Of a stretch of 64,000 nucleotides of DNA, positions 52,531 through 62,186 are shown piece by piece. This DNA is from an uncultured Flavobacteriales bacterium (GTDB lineage Bacteria; Bacteroidota; Bacteroidia; Flavobacteriales_D; Sanyastnellaceae), in assembly GCA_963933635.1 (NCBI GenBank), contig CAWVVM010000006.1, positions 9,481 through 73,480 of the forward strand. The letters are read 5' to 3'. The notes under the pieces were generated by a model. That model saw only the letters and a list, made by a program, of their open reading frames with translations, had not been told where the DNA came from and ran no database searches. Each line of letters opens with the position of its first letter. Positions within the stretch are counted from its first letter, which is position 1. The position numbers and the translations under genes are program-made.

Positions 52531-53360
52531 TGAAGGATGGATTCGGGTCCAGGTTGAGAGGTGCTGGCGGCAAGTTCCGCACGTTGGATGTCACGAAGGG
52601 TTTTGCGGTACGCCCCTGGCACAAGGTCGTCGGAAACGGACATCCTTCCTAAGATGTATTTCGACAATCGAAGGGCCCTTCCAAGTGGCCCACGTCGACC
52701 AGGTTTGGCCCGAAACGACTGAATCAAATCTCCTTGATGGTTCACCTTCCGTTGTTTCCATTCCACCACTGCCAAGTGCGGCGTGGGGGAAATCCACAAG
52801 GGGACATTCAGATGTTTGCGCGGGTCTGAAAATTGAAGATTTTGGTCAAAAGTGATTCTGTCACCACGATCCAAGTCGACCAGTGTGAACCTGTCAAATC
52901 GACTTTGCAGGGAAGGGGTCAGTTCATCCGTGACATCGCCAAGATGCTCCCGCAGAAACACGGTCTCATGTTCGGTGAAGGCATCATTCCAAGGGAGGTC
53001 AGAGTTGCGGGGAAGTCTTCTTTTGGTCGTCTTTCCGTAGACATCTCTAAGCTTGACTTCAAGAAAAGCCATTTTTGTGTTTTCGTACTGTCGGATGCGG
53101 ACCTTGAACCGCTTGGTTCTGCCCCTGACGTGTTCCGTCAAACATTCGTTGCTTGTGGTGTCGAAATACAAGTTGTTGTATCGGGTCAAATGTTGGTCCG
53201 CAATTTGGAGAACGTGATGCTTTGTCAAATCGGAAAGGACCTCGGGCAGCCAGTCGGTTGGGGCAAGAAACTTCGAGTCATAGCGGTCCATCAAGGCCAC
53301 GGATTCGATGGCTTGAAGTCCCACAGAGGGACGTGTGGAGAGCAAAGAGGAAATCGACAT
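52527..53360 (-). CDS. VTC-domain (CYTH/triphosphate-tunnel) protein, polyphosphate-polymerase-like
   Basis: RYDSKFL, YNNLYFDT, RFKVRIRQY and FLEVKLRD strands carry alternating basic residues typical of the Vtc4-type tunnel. ATGA overlap with the DUF4956 gene. Confidence 0.7.
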   Translation of the reverse strand: MSISSLLSTRPSVGLQAIESVALMDRYDSKFLAPTDWLPEVLSDLTKHHVLQIADQHLTRYNNLYFDTTSNECLTEHVRGRTKRFKVRIRQYENTKMAFLEVKLRDVYGKTTKRRLPRNSDLPWNDAFTEHETVFLREHLGDVTDELTPSLQSRFDRFTLVDLDRGDRITFDQNLQFSDPRKHLNVPLWISPTPHLAVVEWKQRKVNHQGDLIQSFRAKPGRRGPLGRALRLSKYILGRMSVSDDLVPGAYRKTLRDIQRAELAASTSQPGPESILQ

Positions 53361-53487
53361 GAAGCAGGTGGCGCAAGATACGGACGAATGGACGGAGTAA
53401 GGGTTTGACGCAATACCTACATCGTGTACAAATTACACGAAACAACCTCTTTGGACATCAAAGTGCATACTGTTTCGGTGGGGCATC

Positions 53488-53515
53488 TTTGACTTGGGTC
53501 AGAACGTTATATTTG
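53488..53515 (+). promoter_or_regulatory. candidate Bacteroidota-type promoter for pdhA
   Basis: TTTG (53488-53491), 16 nt spacer, TATATTTG (53508-53515, an exact TAnnTTTG), then 18 nt to the ATG at 53534. The spacer is shorter than the 19-21 nt consensus. Confidence 0.4.
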
Positions 53516-53533
53516 AGCGTTAATCCCATTTCG

Positions 53534-54604
53534 ATGGCCACTTCTCAACCTACTGCCGCGACAGCGCCGAAAAAGCCTGCAAAAGCGAGCCGAAAGCGAA
53601 CCGACAAAAAGTCCGGTTTGCCTCATTCTTCCGAAACCTACAACCGTTGGTTCCGCGAAATGTACCTCATGCGAAAGTTCGAGGAACGCTGCGGCCAGCT
53701 CTACATCCAGCAAAAGTTTGGCGGGTTTTGCCACTTGTACATTGGACAAGAAGCGCTGCTTTCTGGCATGAAAGAGGCCATTCGTCCCACGGACAACGTC
53801 ATCACGGCCTACCGCGACCACGCCCATCCTCTTGTGTTGGGCACGGACCCAAAGTTTGTCATGGCCGAGTTGTACGGCAAAAAGACGGGAACGTCCAAAG
53901 GCAAGGGCGGCTCCATGCACATGTTTGACAAGGAGCGCAACCTCTTTGGTGGGCATGGCATCGTAGGCGGCCAAATCGGCTTGGGGGCGGGCATCGCCTT
54001 TGCAGACAAGTACCGCAATGAAGACCATGTCACCGTGTGCTTTATGGGAGATGGTGCGGCTCGTCAAGGCATGCTGCACGAGACCTTCAACATGGCCATG
54101 ACGTGGAAACTACCTGTCATTTTCATCATTGAGAACAACAAATACGCCATGGGGACATCCGTGGAGCGCACCTCCAATGTGACTGACCTCGAGACCTTGG
54201 GCGCGAGCTACAAGATGCCATCTGCCACGGTGGACGGCATGAGCCCCGAAGCGGTTTGTGCGGCGATCGCAGAAGCTGCCAAACGCGGCCGAAAAGGAGA
54301 GGGGCCTACGTTGTTGGACATTCAGACCTACCGCTTCAAGGGCCACAGCATGAGCGATCCGCAGAAATACCGGACCAAGGATGAATTGGCCACCTACGTG
54401 GAGCGAGACCCCATCACCCACGTGCGCACGGTCCTTTTGGAGAACAAGTGGGCGACGGAAGAAGAGCTGAAGAAGGCGGAGAAAGACATCAAAGCTCAGG
54501 TCGAAGATGCCATCAAGTTTGCGGAAGAAAGTCCGCTTCCAGACCCCTCGGAACTGTACGAGGACGTCTACGTTCAATCCGATTATCCATTTGTGAAAGA
54601 CTGA
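53534..54604 (+). CDS. pdhA: pyruvate dehydrogenase E1 component alpha subunit
   Basis: FGGFCHLYIGQEA and the ThDP motif region GDGAARQGMLHETFNMA...IIENNKYAMGT. It is preceded by a basic Ala/Lys/Pro-rich extension of about 35 aa. Confidence 0.9.
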   Translation: MATSQPTAATAPKKPAKASRKRTDKKSGLPHSSETYNRWFREMYLMRKFEERCGQLYIQQKFGGFCHLYIGQEALLSGMKEAIRPTDNVITAYRDHAHPLVLGTDPKFVMAELYGKKTGTSKGKGGSMHMFDKERNLFGGHGIVGGQIGLGAGIAFADKYRNEDHVTVCFMGDGAARQGMLHETFNMAMTWKLPVIFIIENNKYAMGTSVERTSNVTDLETLGASYKMPSATVDGMSPEAVCAAIAEAAKRGRKGEGPTLLDIQTYRFKGHSMSDPQKYRTKDELATYVERDPITHVRTVLLENKWATEEELKKAEKDIKAQVEDAIKFAEESPLPDPSELYEDVYVQSDYPFVKD

Positions 54605-54608
54605 CCTC

Positions 54609-55868
54609 ATGGCTGAAATCATCCGCATGCCCAAACTCAGTGATACCATGACCGAAGGAGTCGTGGCTGAGTGGCACAAAAAAGTTGGGGACGTTGTCGA
54701 GAACGGTGAACTGCTCGCCGAGATTGAGACGGACAAAGCGACCATGGAGTTTGAGTCGTTTCAAGATGGTGTTTTGCTCCACATTGGTGTGGACAAAGGA
54801 GGTACAGCACCTGTGGACAGCGTGCTTTGCATCGTTGGGGAAAAAGGAGAGGACTTTGCAGAGTTGTTGGCGGCTTCGGCGTCACCAGAGCCAGAGGCAT
54901 CGCCTGAACCCGCCCCTGCTGCCGCAACTACCCCGGCCCCCGCTCCGGCTCCGGCGCCTGCCCCCGTGGCGGCTTCCGCACCAAGCCCTGCACCGGCTGC
55001 CCCCGCGGTTGCCCCCGCGCCCATGTCGTCCAATGGAAGGGTCAAGGCCTCTCCGCTTGCCAAAAAGCTTGCAGAGGACCGCGGCTTGAGCCTGGGCCTC
55101 ATCCCAGGTTCGGGGGAGGGAGGGCGCATTGTGAAGCGAGACGTCGAGGCATTCGTGGGGGGAGGATCTTCTGCCGCCAATGCCTTGGAACGCTTTACGG
55201 AGGTTGGGGTAAGCCAAATGCGCAAGACCATTGCGCGTCGTTTGGCAGAGAGCAAATTCACCGCTCCCCACTTTTACCTCAGCCTGACCATGGACATGGA
55301 CGCCGCGATGACGGCCCGCAAGGCATTGAACGACCGCGGCCCTCACCGTGTCAGCTTCAATGACATGGTCGTGAAAGCTGTGGCAATGGCCTTGAAGAAC
55401 CATCCAGCAGTGAACAGCAGCTGGCTTGAAGATCGCATCCGGTACAACGAACACGTTCACATCGGTGTGGCTGTGGCGGTCGAGGACGGCCTGCTCGTGC
55501 CCGTCGTCCGCCATGCCAATGCAAAATCCTTTGCCGAAATCGGTGTGGAGGTGCGCGAATTTGCCCAAAAAGCCAAAGACAAGAAGCTCCAACCCAGCGA
55601 CTGGGAGGGGAACACCTTCACCATTTCCAATTTGGGGATGTTTGGCATCGAAGACTTCACCGCGATCATCAATCCGCCAGATGCATGCATTTTGGCCATT
55701 GGAGGCATCCAGAGTGTGCCCGTCGTCCGTGACGGCGCCGTGGTGCCAGGACACACCATGAAAGTCACCCTGAGCTGCGACCATCGGGTCGTGGACGGCG
55801 CGACTGGTGCGGCCTTTTTGAATGAGGTCAAACAGAACTTGGAGAATCCAGTGTTGATGTTGGCCTGA
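54609..55868 (+). CDS. dihydrolipoamide acetyltransferase (E2 of 2-oxo acid dehydrogenase complex)
   Basis: Lipoyl domain with EIETDKATMEF. Ala/Pro linker at aa 89-138. Subunit-binding domain ASPLAKKLA. Catalytic motif SCDHRVVDGA. Confidence 0.9.
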   Translation: MAEIIRMPKLSDTMTEGVVAEWHKKVGDVVENGELLAEIETDKATMEFESFQDGVLLHIGVDKGGTAPVDSVLCIVGEKGEDFAELLAASASPEPEASPEPAPAAATTPAPAPAPAPAPVAASAPSPAPAAPAVAPAPMSSNGRVKASPLAKKLAEDRGLSLGLIPGSGEGGRIVKRDVEAFVGGGSSAANALERFTEVGVSQMRKTIARRLAESKFTAPHFYLSLTMDMDAAMTARKALNDRGPHRVSFNDMVVKAVAMALKNHPAVNSSWLEDRIRYNEHVHIGVAVAVEDGLLVPVVRHANAKSFAEIGVEVREFAQKAKDKKLQPSDWEGNTFTISNLGMFGIEDFTAIINPPDACILAIGGIQSVPVVRDGAVVPGHTMKVTLSCDHRVVDGATGAAFLNEVKQNLENPVLMLA

Positions 55869-55898
55869 GAAGCGCCTCGGGTGTAGCTTGCCACAACC

Positions 55899-58004
55899 AT
55901 GGCTGACGTTCGCCCTTCGACTCCCATAGAATTTTTGAAAGGCGTCGGACCCAAACGGTCCGACGCGCTTGTTTCTGAGCTTGGGTTGCACACTTGCATG
56001 GACTTGCTCCTGCACTTGCCCTTTCGGTACGAAGACCGCAGTCAATTCCACCGCATCGTGGACATTGAAAGCGAGCACGTGGCCGTCCAGATCCAAGGGG
56101 TGATCATCCAGGCGAATGAATTTCGAGGGGGCAAAGGCTCCCGGTTGGTGGCCGTGTTTGACGATGGTGAGGCGACCATTGAGTTGCAGTGGTTTCGTGG
56201 AGCCCAATGGATTCTGCGCAACTTGCCGGTCCAAAAACAGGTGGTCATCTACGGCAAGCCCAAGTTGTACAAGGGGAAATGGAGCTTGGCCCATCCAGAG
56301 GTGGAGTTGTTGTCGCAGTTTGAAACGCGTCAAGGTGGAGGCTTGCAGCCCGTTTACCCCAGCACAGAGAAATTGTCGAGGCAGGGATTGAACAGCCAAG
56401 GGTTGGCCAAGCTCATCCGAAATGTTGCTTCCGAAGTGTCAGGAGTCTTGACGGAAACGCTGCCCTCGCGTGTGCTCAAAGAGATGCATCTGGTCGACAG
56501 GGCGGCTGCTTTCCGACAGGTACATCAGCCAGCCACCGCCCAAGAAGCGGATGCGGCCATGATCCGGCTTCGTTTTGAAGAGTTGTTTCTCCTACAAATG
56601 ACCTTGCTCCAGCACAAGAAGAAAGTGACCCAGGACCTTCCTGGAGTCCGTTTTTCAGAAGTTGGGGAGGCCTTCCATACGTTTTACGACACCCAACTTC
56701 CTTTTGAACTGACGGAAGCCCAAAAGCGTGTGCTGCGCGAGATCCGAGCAGATTTGAACACAGGTTGGCACATGAACCGCCTTCTGCAAGGCGATGTGGG
56801 CAGCGGCAAAACGGTGGTGGCCCTTCTCACGGCATTGCTGGCGAAAGACAATGGTTACCAAGCGGCCATCATGGCGCCGACTGAAATTTTGGCGCAGCAG
56901 CATTTGGAGGGACTTCGGGAATTGTTGGGGGACATGCCGGTCAGGGTGGAGCTGCTTACCGGTTCTGTCAAAGGGGCCGCGCGCACTACCTTGCTGGAAG
57001 ACCTCGAATCGGGCGCCATTGACATTTTGGTGGGGACCCATGCGTTGATTGAGCCCAAGGTTGTCTTTGCACGTTTGGGTCTTGCCGTCATTGACGAGCA
57101 GCATCGCTTTGGTGTGGCGCAACGTGCCAAACTTTGGAAAAAGGCCAAAGTCGCCCCGCACATTCTGGTCATGACCGCCACCCCCATCCCCCGAACGCTG
57201 GCCATGACGGCATATGGCGATTTGGACACGAGTGTGTTGGACGAGTTGCCTCCAGGCAGGAAACCGATTCAAACGGTCCACCGCACCGATGCATCACGGC
57301 TCAAAGTCTTTCAATTTTTAGAGGACCAAATCGCCGAGGGCCGCCAAATTTATTTGGTCTATCCCCTCATCGAGGAAAGCGCCACCCTCGACCACAAGGA
57401 CCTGATGGATGGTTACGAGAGCATCGTTCGTCGCTTCCCCGTTCCAGGCTACCAAGTGGCCATTGTACATGGACGAATGAAGGCGGACGACAAGGCTTGG
57501 GAGATGGAGCGCTTCGCCAAGGGGCAAGCCCAAATCCTTGTCGCGACCACTGTGATTGAGGTCGGGGTCAATGTTCCCAATGCCAGTGTCATGGTGATTG
57601 AAAGCGCGGAGCGTTTTGGCCTTTCTCAGTTGCATCAGCTGCGCGGACGTGTGGGCAGAGGTGCGAACCAGAGCTATTGCATTTTGATGTCGGCCACGGA
57701 GCTTGGTCAGGACGCTCGTCGTCGGCTGGAGACCATGTGCCGCACCAACGATGGTTTTGAAATTGCAGAGGTGGACATGGAGTTGCGCGGCCCAGGAGAC
57801 GTCATGGGAACCCAGCAAAGTGGGGTGCCAGATTTGAAGGTGGCCGACTTGGTCAGGGACAGGCCCCTTCTGACCAGTGCGAGGTACCTCGCACAGACGG
57901 TCTTGGACGAAGACCCCGATTTGGGTCGACCCGACCACCTTCCGCTTCGGGAAGCGTTGGAAACTGCGTTGAAAGCCCGCAGCAATTGGGTTAGAATCTC
58001 TTGA
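55899..58004 (+). CDS. recG: ATP-dependent DNA helicase RecG
   Basis: Wedge/OB N-terminus. Helicase motifs GDVGSGKT, DEQHRFGV, MTATPIPRT and QLHQLRGRVGRG. Confidence 0.95.
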   Translation: MADVRPSTPIEFLKGVGPKRSDALVSELGLHTCMDLLLHLPFRYEDRSQFHRIVDIESEHVAVQIQGVIIQANEFRGGKGSRLVAVFDDGEATIELQWFRGAQWILRNLPVQKQVVIYGKPKLYKGKWSLAHPEVELLSQFETRQGGGLQPVYPSTEKLSRQGLNSQGLAKLIRNVASEVSGVLTETLPSRVLKEMHLVDRAAAFRQVHQPATAQEADAAMIRLRFEELFLLQMTLLQHKKKVTQDLPGVRFSEVGEAFHTFYDTQLPFELTEAQKRVLREIRADLNTGWHMNRLLQGDVGSGKTVVALLTALLAKDNGYQAAIMAPTEILAQQHLEGLRELLGDMPVRVELLTGSVKGAARTTLLEDLESGAIDILVGTHALIEPKVVFARLGLAVIDEQHRFGVAQRAKLWKKAKVAPHILVMTATPIPRTLAMTAYGDLDTSVLDELPPGRKPIQTVHRTDASRLKVFQFLEDQIAEGRQIYLVYPLIEESATLDHKDLMDGYESIVRRFPVPGYQVAIVHGRMKADDKAWEMERFAKGQAQILVATTVIEVGVNVPNASVMVIESAERFGLSQLHQLRGRVGRGANQSYCILMSATELGQDARRRLETMCRTNDGFEIAEVDMELRGPGDVMGTQQSGVPDLKVADLVRDRPLLTSARYLAQTVLDEDPDLGRPDHLPLREALETALKARSNWVRIS

Positions 58005-58026
58005 GAAGAGTCACGAAATTCGTGGT

Positions 58027-59790
58027 ATGAAATTGTGGTGGATGCTTGCATTGTCGGCGGTGGTCGCTCTGGTTTCGGGGACGATGTTCTTGTCGGCGCC
58101 GGCGAACTTGGGCCAACCTGCGAATCCCATGGATTGGGCTTCCGACGACTGGGTCCAATGGACCCAGATGACCCCTGGGGCGTTTGCCTCCCTTCTCGGA
58201 ACGCAAGAAGTGCTGGGAGGGGAATGGGTGCGCGTGTTCCGCCATGCAGAAGGCTGGGTTCTTCAACACCACGACCTCCCTTGGGAACGGGCTCCTCAAG
58301 GCAGCCTTCAGAAACCATGGCGGGGTGGATGGATCAGTGGACCACAGGAGGCGTTGGATGCTTGGGACGAGGACCCCGCGACCATGTCTGCACATTGGCG
58401 CAACGCACGAACATCAGCCGAACTGAAGCGCCTCGAACTGGCGTGGGCATGGCAAGGTGAGGGCTGGGTCATTTGGCCAGACACGAATGTGCTGCCTCCT
58501 GCTGCGGTGGACCCAAGTCCATTGTCATGGCAGGTAGAAGGGACGAACACTCCGAGCGAATGGTGGAGCTCCCGACTTGGAGAGTCCCCTATGGAATGGC
58601 CGTTGGGCCATCCCGAAGGCGTGCTGTTGGACGCAGGCATTCCCCTGCATTCGCATGCAACGAGGTGGCGCGATGGCGGCAGGTTTCGCCTCCTCGACCC
58701 TGGCGCTTGGAAAGAGGAAGTCGAGGGGTTGGCATTGCAAAATGGATGGAGGCTTGCTTGGATGAATGAAGAAGCTGTCATCGAAGGTGATGCAAGATGG
58801 GAGTGGTCCACCACGGGGAGACAGTGCTTGGTTGGAAAGCAGCAAAACACTTCTTGGACAGGCACGTCCACCGCGCAAGGTGCTGTGGTGTGGGCGAGCC
58901 TTGAGGAGGACGACCTAGAAGATGGGCCGTTGACCTTGACATCGTCTGAAACCATGGATGGCAAGGAGGAAGGTCTTTTAGGGGAGGTGCGGAACCATAG
59001 GTCAGGCGCTCGCATGGGCCTGTTCTTGGAGGAAGACCATGTTGTGGCGAAGGAGGCAGGGGCTGACGTGTTCATTTGGAGCTTCCCTGTCGATGGGCTT
59101 CTTCCCGGTGGGGCGTGTGAGGTGGATGTGTATGCCAATGGAAAGTTCCAAGCCATGTTTGGAGAGGCAGACGGGCTTCACCTCGTGGATGTCAAGGGCC
59201 GGGAAGTGGTGGGCTTCCCCCTTCGACCCAACGAGGGGGAGTGGACGGCCTGGGCACTTGTCGACTACGACAGGAACCGATCCTACCGCTACTTGGTGGC
59301 CGACGATGCAAGTGGTTTGGTCCGCAACTTCAGAAAGGAAGGACAGGCCACTCCCGGTTGGTCGCATCGCCCTGCAGAAGGAGTGGACACGGGGTCTCCG
59401 GTTCGACATCTGGTCCATTTGCGGTTGGGATCAAGAGACTATGTCTATGTGGGAAGGGAGAATGGTCAGGTCGAGCTTCTCAAGCGCAATGGCGCCACAC
59501 GGGCCCAGACACAGGTTCAGGTGGACCCCACACATGCTCCTTTGTTCAGGACAGGTGCAGACTTGAACCGTACCTCTGTTTTGTTTTTGGACGGGACGGG
59601 CTTTGTCAGAGAGTTCGTTTTAGGCACCGGAGAAGCCGCAGGCATCTCTGGACAGGTGCAGGCCGATCGGATGTCTCAGGAGGATGTGGACGGTGACGGC
59701 ATTCTGGAACTGGTCACTTGGTGGCGAGGGGAATCGACAGCCTGGGATGCCCGCAACGAGCCCATCAATCGCCCAGAACCGAGCGACTGA
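58027..59790 (+). CDS. hypothetical membrane-anchored Trp-rich protein with beta-propeller/FG-GAP-like C-terminal half
   Basis: N-terminal anchor MKLWWMLALSAVVALVSGTMFL. About 35 Trp in 587 aa by hand count. C-terminal DVDGDGILELVTWW motif. No family recognised. Confidence 0.6.
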   Translation: MKLWWMLALSAVVALVSGTMFLSAPANLGQPANPMDWASDDWVQWTQMTPGAFASLLGTQEVLGGEWVRVFRHAEGWVLQHHDLPWERAPQGSLQKPWRGGWISGPQEALDAWDEDPATMSAHWRNARTSAELKRLELAWAWQGEGWVIWPDTNVLPPAAVDPSPLSWQVEGTNTPSEWWSSRLGESPMEWPLGHPEGVLLDAGIPLHSHATRWRDGGRFRLLDPGAWKEEVEGLALQNGWRLAWMNEEAVIEGDARWEWSTTGRQCLVGKQQNTSWTGTSTAQGAVVWASLEEDDLEDGPLTLTSSETMDGKEEGLLGEVRNHRSGARMGLFLEEDHVVAKEAGADVFIWSFPVDGLLPGGACEVDVYANGKFQAMFGEADGLHLVDVKGREVVGFPLRPNEGEWTAWALVDYDRNRSYRYLVADDASGLVRNFRKEGQATPGWSHRPAEGVDTGSPVRHLVHLRLGSRDYVYVGRENGQVELLKRNGATRAQTQVQVDPTHAPLFRTGADLNRTSVLFLDGTGFVREFVLGTGEAAGISGQVQADRMSQEDVDGDGILELVTWWRGESTAWDARNEPINRPEPSD

Positions 59791-60907
59791 TCACGATTTT
59801 CTGAACTTCAGAAGTTCCCTCGTAGATCTGGGTGATTTTGGCATCACGCATCAGCCTTTCCACGTGGTATTCTTTCACGAAGCCGTAGCCTCCATGGATT
59901 TGCACTGCTTCTACGGTCTGGGTCATGGCAACATCCGACGCGTAGAGTTTGGCCATCGAAGAAGCCAAGTCGTAGTTTTCTCCGGCATCTTTCAGCGCGG
60001 CAGCCTTGAGACAGAGCAACCTTGATGCTTCCACCTGGGTGGCCATATCTGCGAGTTTGAACGAGATCGCTTGGTGCTTGTAGATTTCCTTGCCAAACGC
60101 CTTTCGCTGCTGCGAATAGGCCAGCGAAAGCTCCAGCGCTCCCGAGGCAATGCCCAAGGCTTGCGCCGCGATCCCAATGCGTCCACCACTCAAGGTTTTC
60201 ATGGCGAATTTGAAGCCAAAGCCGTCGTCCCCGATGCGGTTCTCCTTGGGGACCTTGACATCTTGGAACATCAAGGTGTGGGTGTCAGACCCTCGGATGC
60301 CGAGCTTGTCTTCCTTGGCACCAAGTTGGAACCCGGGCATGTCGCGCTCAACGATCAAAGCATTGATGCCGCGGTGACCTTTCTCGGGGTCGGTTTGGGC
60401 GATCACGAGGTAGGTGGATGCGGAGTTGCCGTTGGTGATCCAGTTCTTGGTGCCGTTGAGCAGGTAGTGGTCCCCCATGTCCACAGCAGTTGTTCGCTGT
60501 GAGGTGGCATCTGATCCGGCTTCGGGTTCACTGAGGCAAAAGGCCCCAATTTTCGCTCCAGAGGCCAGGGGCTTGAGGAACTTCTGCTTTTGTTCCTCGG
60601 TGCCAAATTCCTGCAAACCGTAACACACCAAGGAGTTGTTGACGCTCATGCACACACTCGCCGAGGCATCGACCTTGCTGATTTCTTCCATCGCCAAGAC
60701 GTAGCTGACTGTGTCCATGCCCGAACCCCCGTATTGTGGGTCCACCATCATGCCCATGAAGCCCAATGCGCCCAGTTCACGGATTTCATCCGCGGGAAAG
60801 CGTTGTGCATTGTCCCGCTCGATGACTCCTGGTTTGAGGACGTTTTGAGCGAAGTCTCGGGCAGCGTCGCGCACTGCCTTTTGTTCTTCTGTGAGGTGGA
60901 GGTTCAT
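59765..60907 (-). CDS. acyl-CoA dehydrogenase (short/branched-chain type)
   Basis: LTEEQKAVRDAARDFA, FCLSEPEAGSD, and C-terminal QIHGGYGFVKEYHVERLMRDAKITQIYEGTSEVQ. ATG at 60907. Confidence 0.9.
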   Translation of the reverse strand: MNLHLTEEQKAVRDAARDFAQNVLKPGVIERDNAQRFPADEIRELGALGFMGMMVDPQYGGSGMDTVSYVLAMEEISKVDASASVCMSVNNSLVCYGLQEFGTEEQKQKFLKPLASGAKIGAFCLSEPEAGSDATSQRTTAVDMGDHYLLNGTKNWITNGNSASTYLVIAQTDPEKGHRGINALIVERDMPGFQLGAKEDKLGIRGSDTHTLMFQDVKVPKENRIGDDGFGFKFAMKTLSGGRIGIAAQALGIASGALELSLAYSQQRKAFGKEIYKHQAISFKLADMATQVEASRLLCLKAAALKDAGENYDLASSMAKLYASDVAMTQTVEAVQIHGGYGFVKEYHVERLMRDAKITQIYEGTSEVQKIVISRSVLGD

Positions 60908-60967
60908 TGCCTGCGGCCTGTTGAGGAGAGTGAATAAGTCCAAAAACGAGAACCTTCAAGGCGCCGA

Positions 60968-62146
60968 ATGTCGGCGTATTTTCGGTTCATGCGTGGCGAA
61001 GATACGTGGAGGTGCCCTCCCGATGGTTGGCTTGTCCTTGGCTTGATGAGCGGGACGTCCGTGGATGGCCTTGATGTGGCCTTGACCAGGGTGCAGGCAA
61101 CCTTCAAGGGAGGACATGCCCTTTCACCAGAATCCTTCCAATGGGATATGAAGCTGGAAGCGTTCACGACTTTGGACTACCCATCTGAGTTGCGGTCGTC
61201 GCTTTGGGGCGCGATGGAGTTGCCTGCGGAGGACTTGGCCGCCTTGGATTGGGAATGGTCGCGTTGGTCTGGAGAGGCGGTCCGTCAATGGTTGATCGAA
61301 GGTGGCCATCCAAGTCCCCACCTCGTCTCTTCCCATGGCCACACGGTGTTCCATCGGCCTGATCGTGGCTGGACCCTGCAGTTGGGTTGTGGAGCCACTT
61401 TGCATGCAGTCCTCGAGGTGCCCGTGGTCCATGATCTTCGGCGCTTGGATGTGGCGATGGGGGGGCAAGGCGCTCCTTTGGTGCCATTGGCCGACAAGTT
61501 GCTCTTTGGGACCTGGGATGCCGCACTGAACCTCGGGGGGTTTGCCAATGTCAGCATGGACGATGCCGATGGCCAAAGGGTGGCTTGGGATGTGGGTCCC
61601 GCCAATCTCTTGCTGAACCATCTCGTCAAGCCTTTGGGGCTGGAGATGGACCGAGATGGCGCTTTGGCCGCGAGAGGAAGTGTGGATCCCATTTTGCTCA
61701 AGGCATGGCAATCCTTGGCCTACCATCAAAAGGACCCACCCAAAAGTCTGGGCCGAGAGTGGTTGGAAACGGAGGTGATTGCGGTTCTTGCATCTCATGA
61801 CCACCTCCCGGTGCAAGATGTCTTGGCGACTGCTGTGGCCTACATCGCGAAAATGGTGGTTCAAGAATTGCCCCTTGGATTGGATGTTTTGGTGACGGGC
61901 GGAGGGGCCTTCAATGGCGCTCTGATGGAGGCCTTGCGTCAAAATGGAGAGGCCAAAAAGTTGTCCTGGCATCTCCCAGGTCCTTCCATGATTCATGGGA
62001 AAGAAGCCTTCGTGTTTGCTTGGTTGGGGCTGCTCCGTTGGGTGGGTATGACCAACACCTTGGCAACCGTCACAGGGGCCCAAAAAGCTTCCGCAGGAGG
62101 CGCTCTTTGGGGTCCTGGGCCCCAAGATGTGGACAGGTCGGCATGA
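60968..62146 (+). CDS. anmK: anhydro-N-acetylmuramic acid kinase
   Basis: GLMSGTSVDGLDVAL N-terminal motif. Later GGQGAPLVP and VTGGGAFN. The exact start (60968 or downstream) is uncertain. Confidence 0.85.
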   Translation: MSAYFRFMRGEDTWRCPPDGWLVLGLMSGTSVDGLDVALTRVQATFKGGHALSPESFQWDMKLEAFTTLDYPSELRSSLWGAMELPAEDLAALDWEWSRWSGEAVRQWLIEGGHPSPHLVSSHGHTVFHRPDRGWTLQLGCGATLHAVLEVPVVHDLRRLDVAMGGQGAPLVPLADKLLFGTWDAALNLGGFANVSMDDADGQRVAWDVGPANLLLNHLVKPLGLEMDRDGALAARGSVDPILLKAWQSLAYHQKDPPKSLGREWLETEVIAVLASHDHLPVQDVLATAVAYIAKMVVQELPLGLDVLVTGGGAFNGALMEALRQNGEAKKLSWHLPGPSMIHGKEAFVFAWLGLLRWVGMTNTLATVTGAQKASAGGALWGPGPQDVDRSA

Positions 62147-62186
62147 GGTTTGGCCTAACTTCGCCTTCCCCTTCAGATCCCTCGTC

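Noticed and set aside
54873-55022. Short GC-rich iterated DNA (gctccggctccggcgcctgcc...) that looks like a tandem repeat
   Set aside because: It encodes the Ala/Pro-rich flexible linker (PAPAPAPAPAP...) between the lipoyl and subunit-binding domains of E2. This is a normal feature and not a CRISPR or VNTR element.
54882-56399. 505-aa minus-strand ORF
   Set aside because: It is antisense to the E2 acetyltransferase and recG, both of which have unmistakable motifs. The translation is Gly/Arg/His-rich with no recognisable domain.
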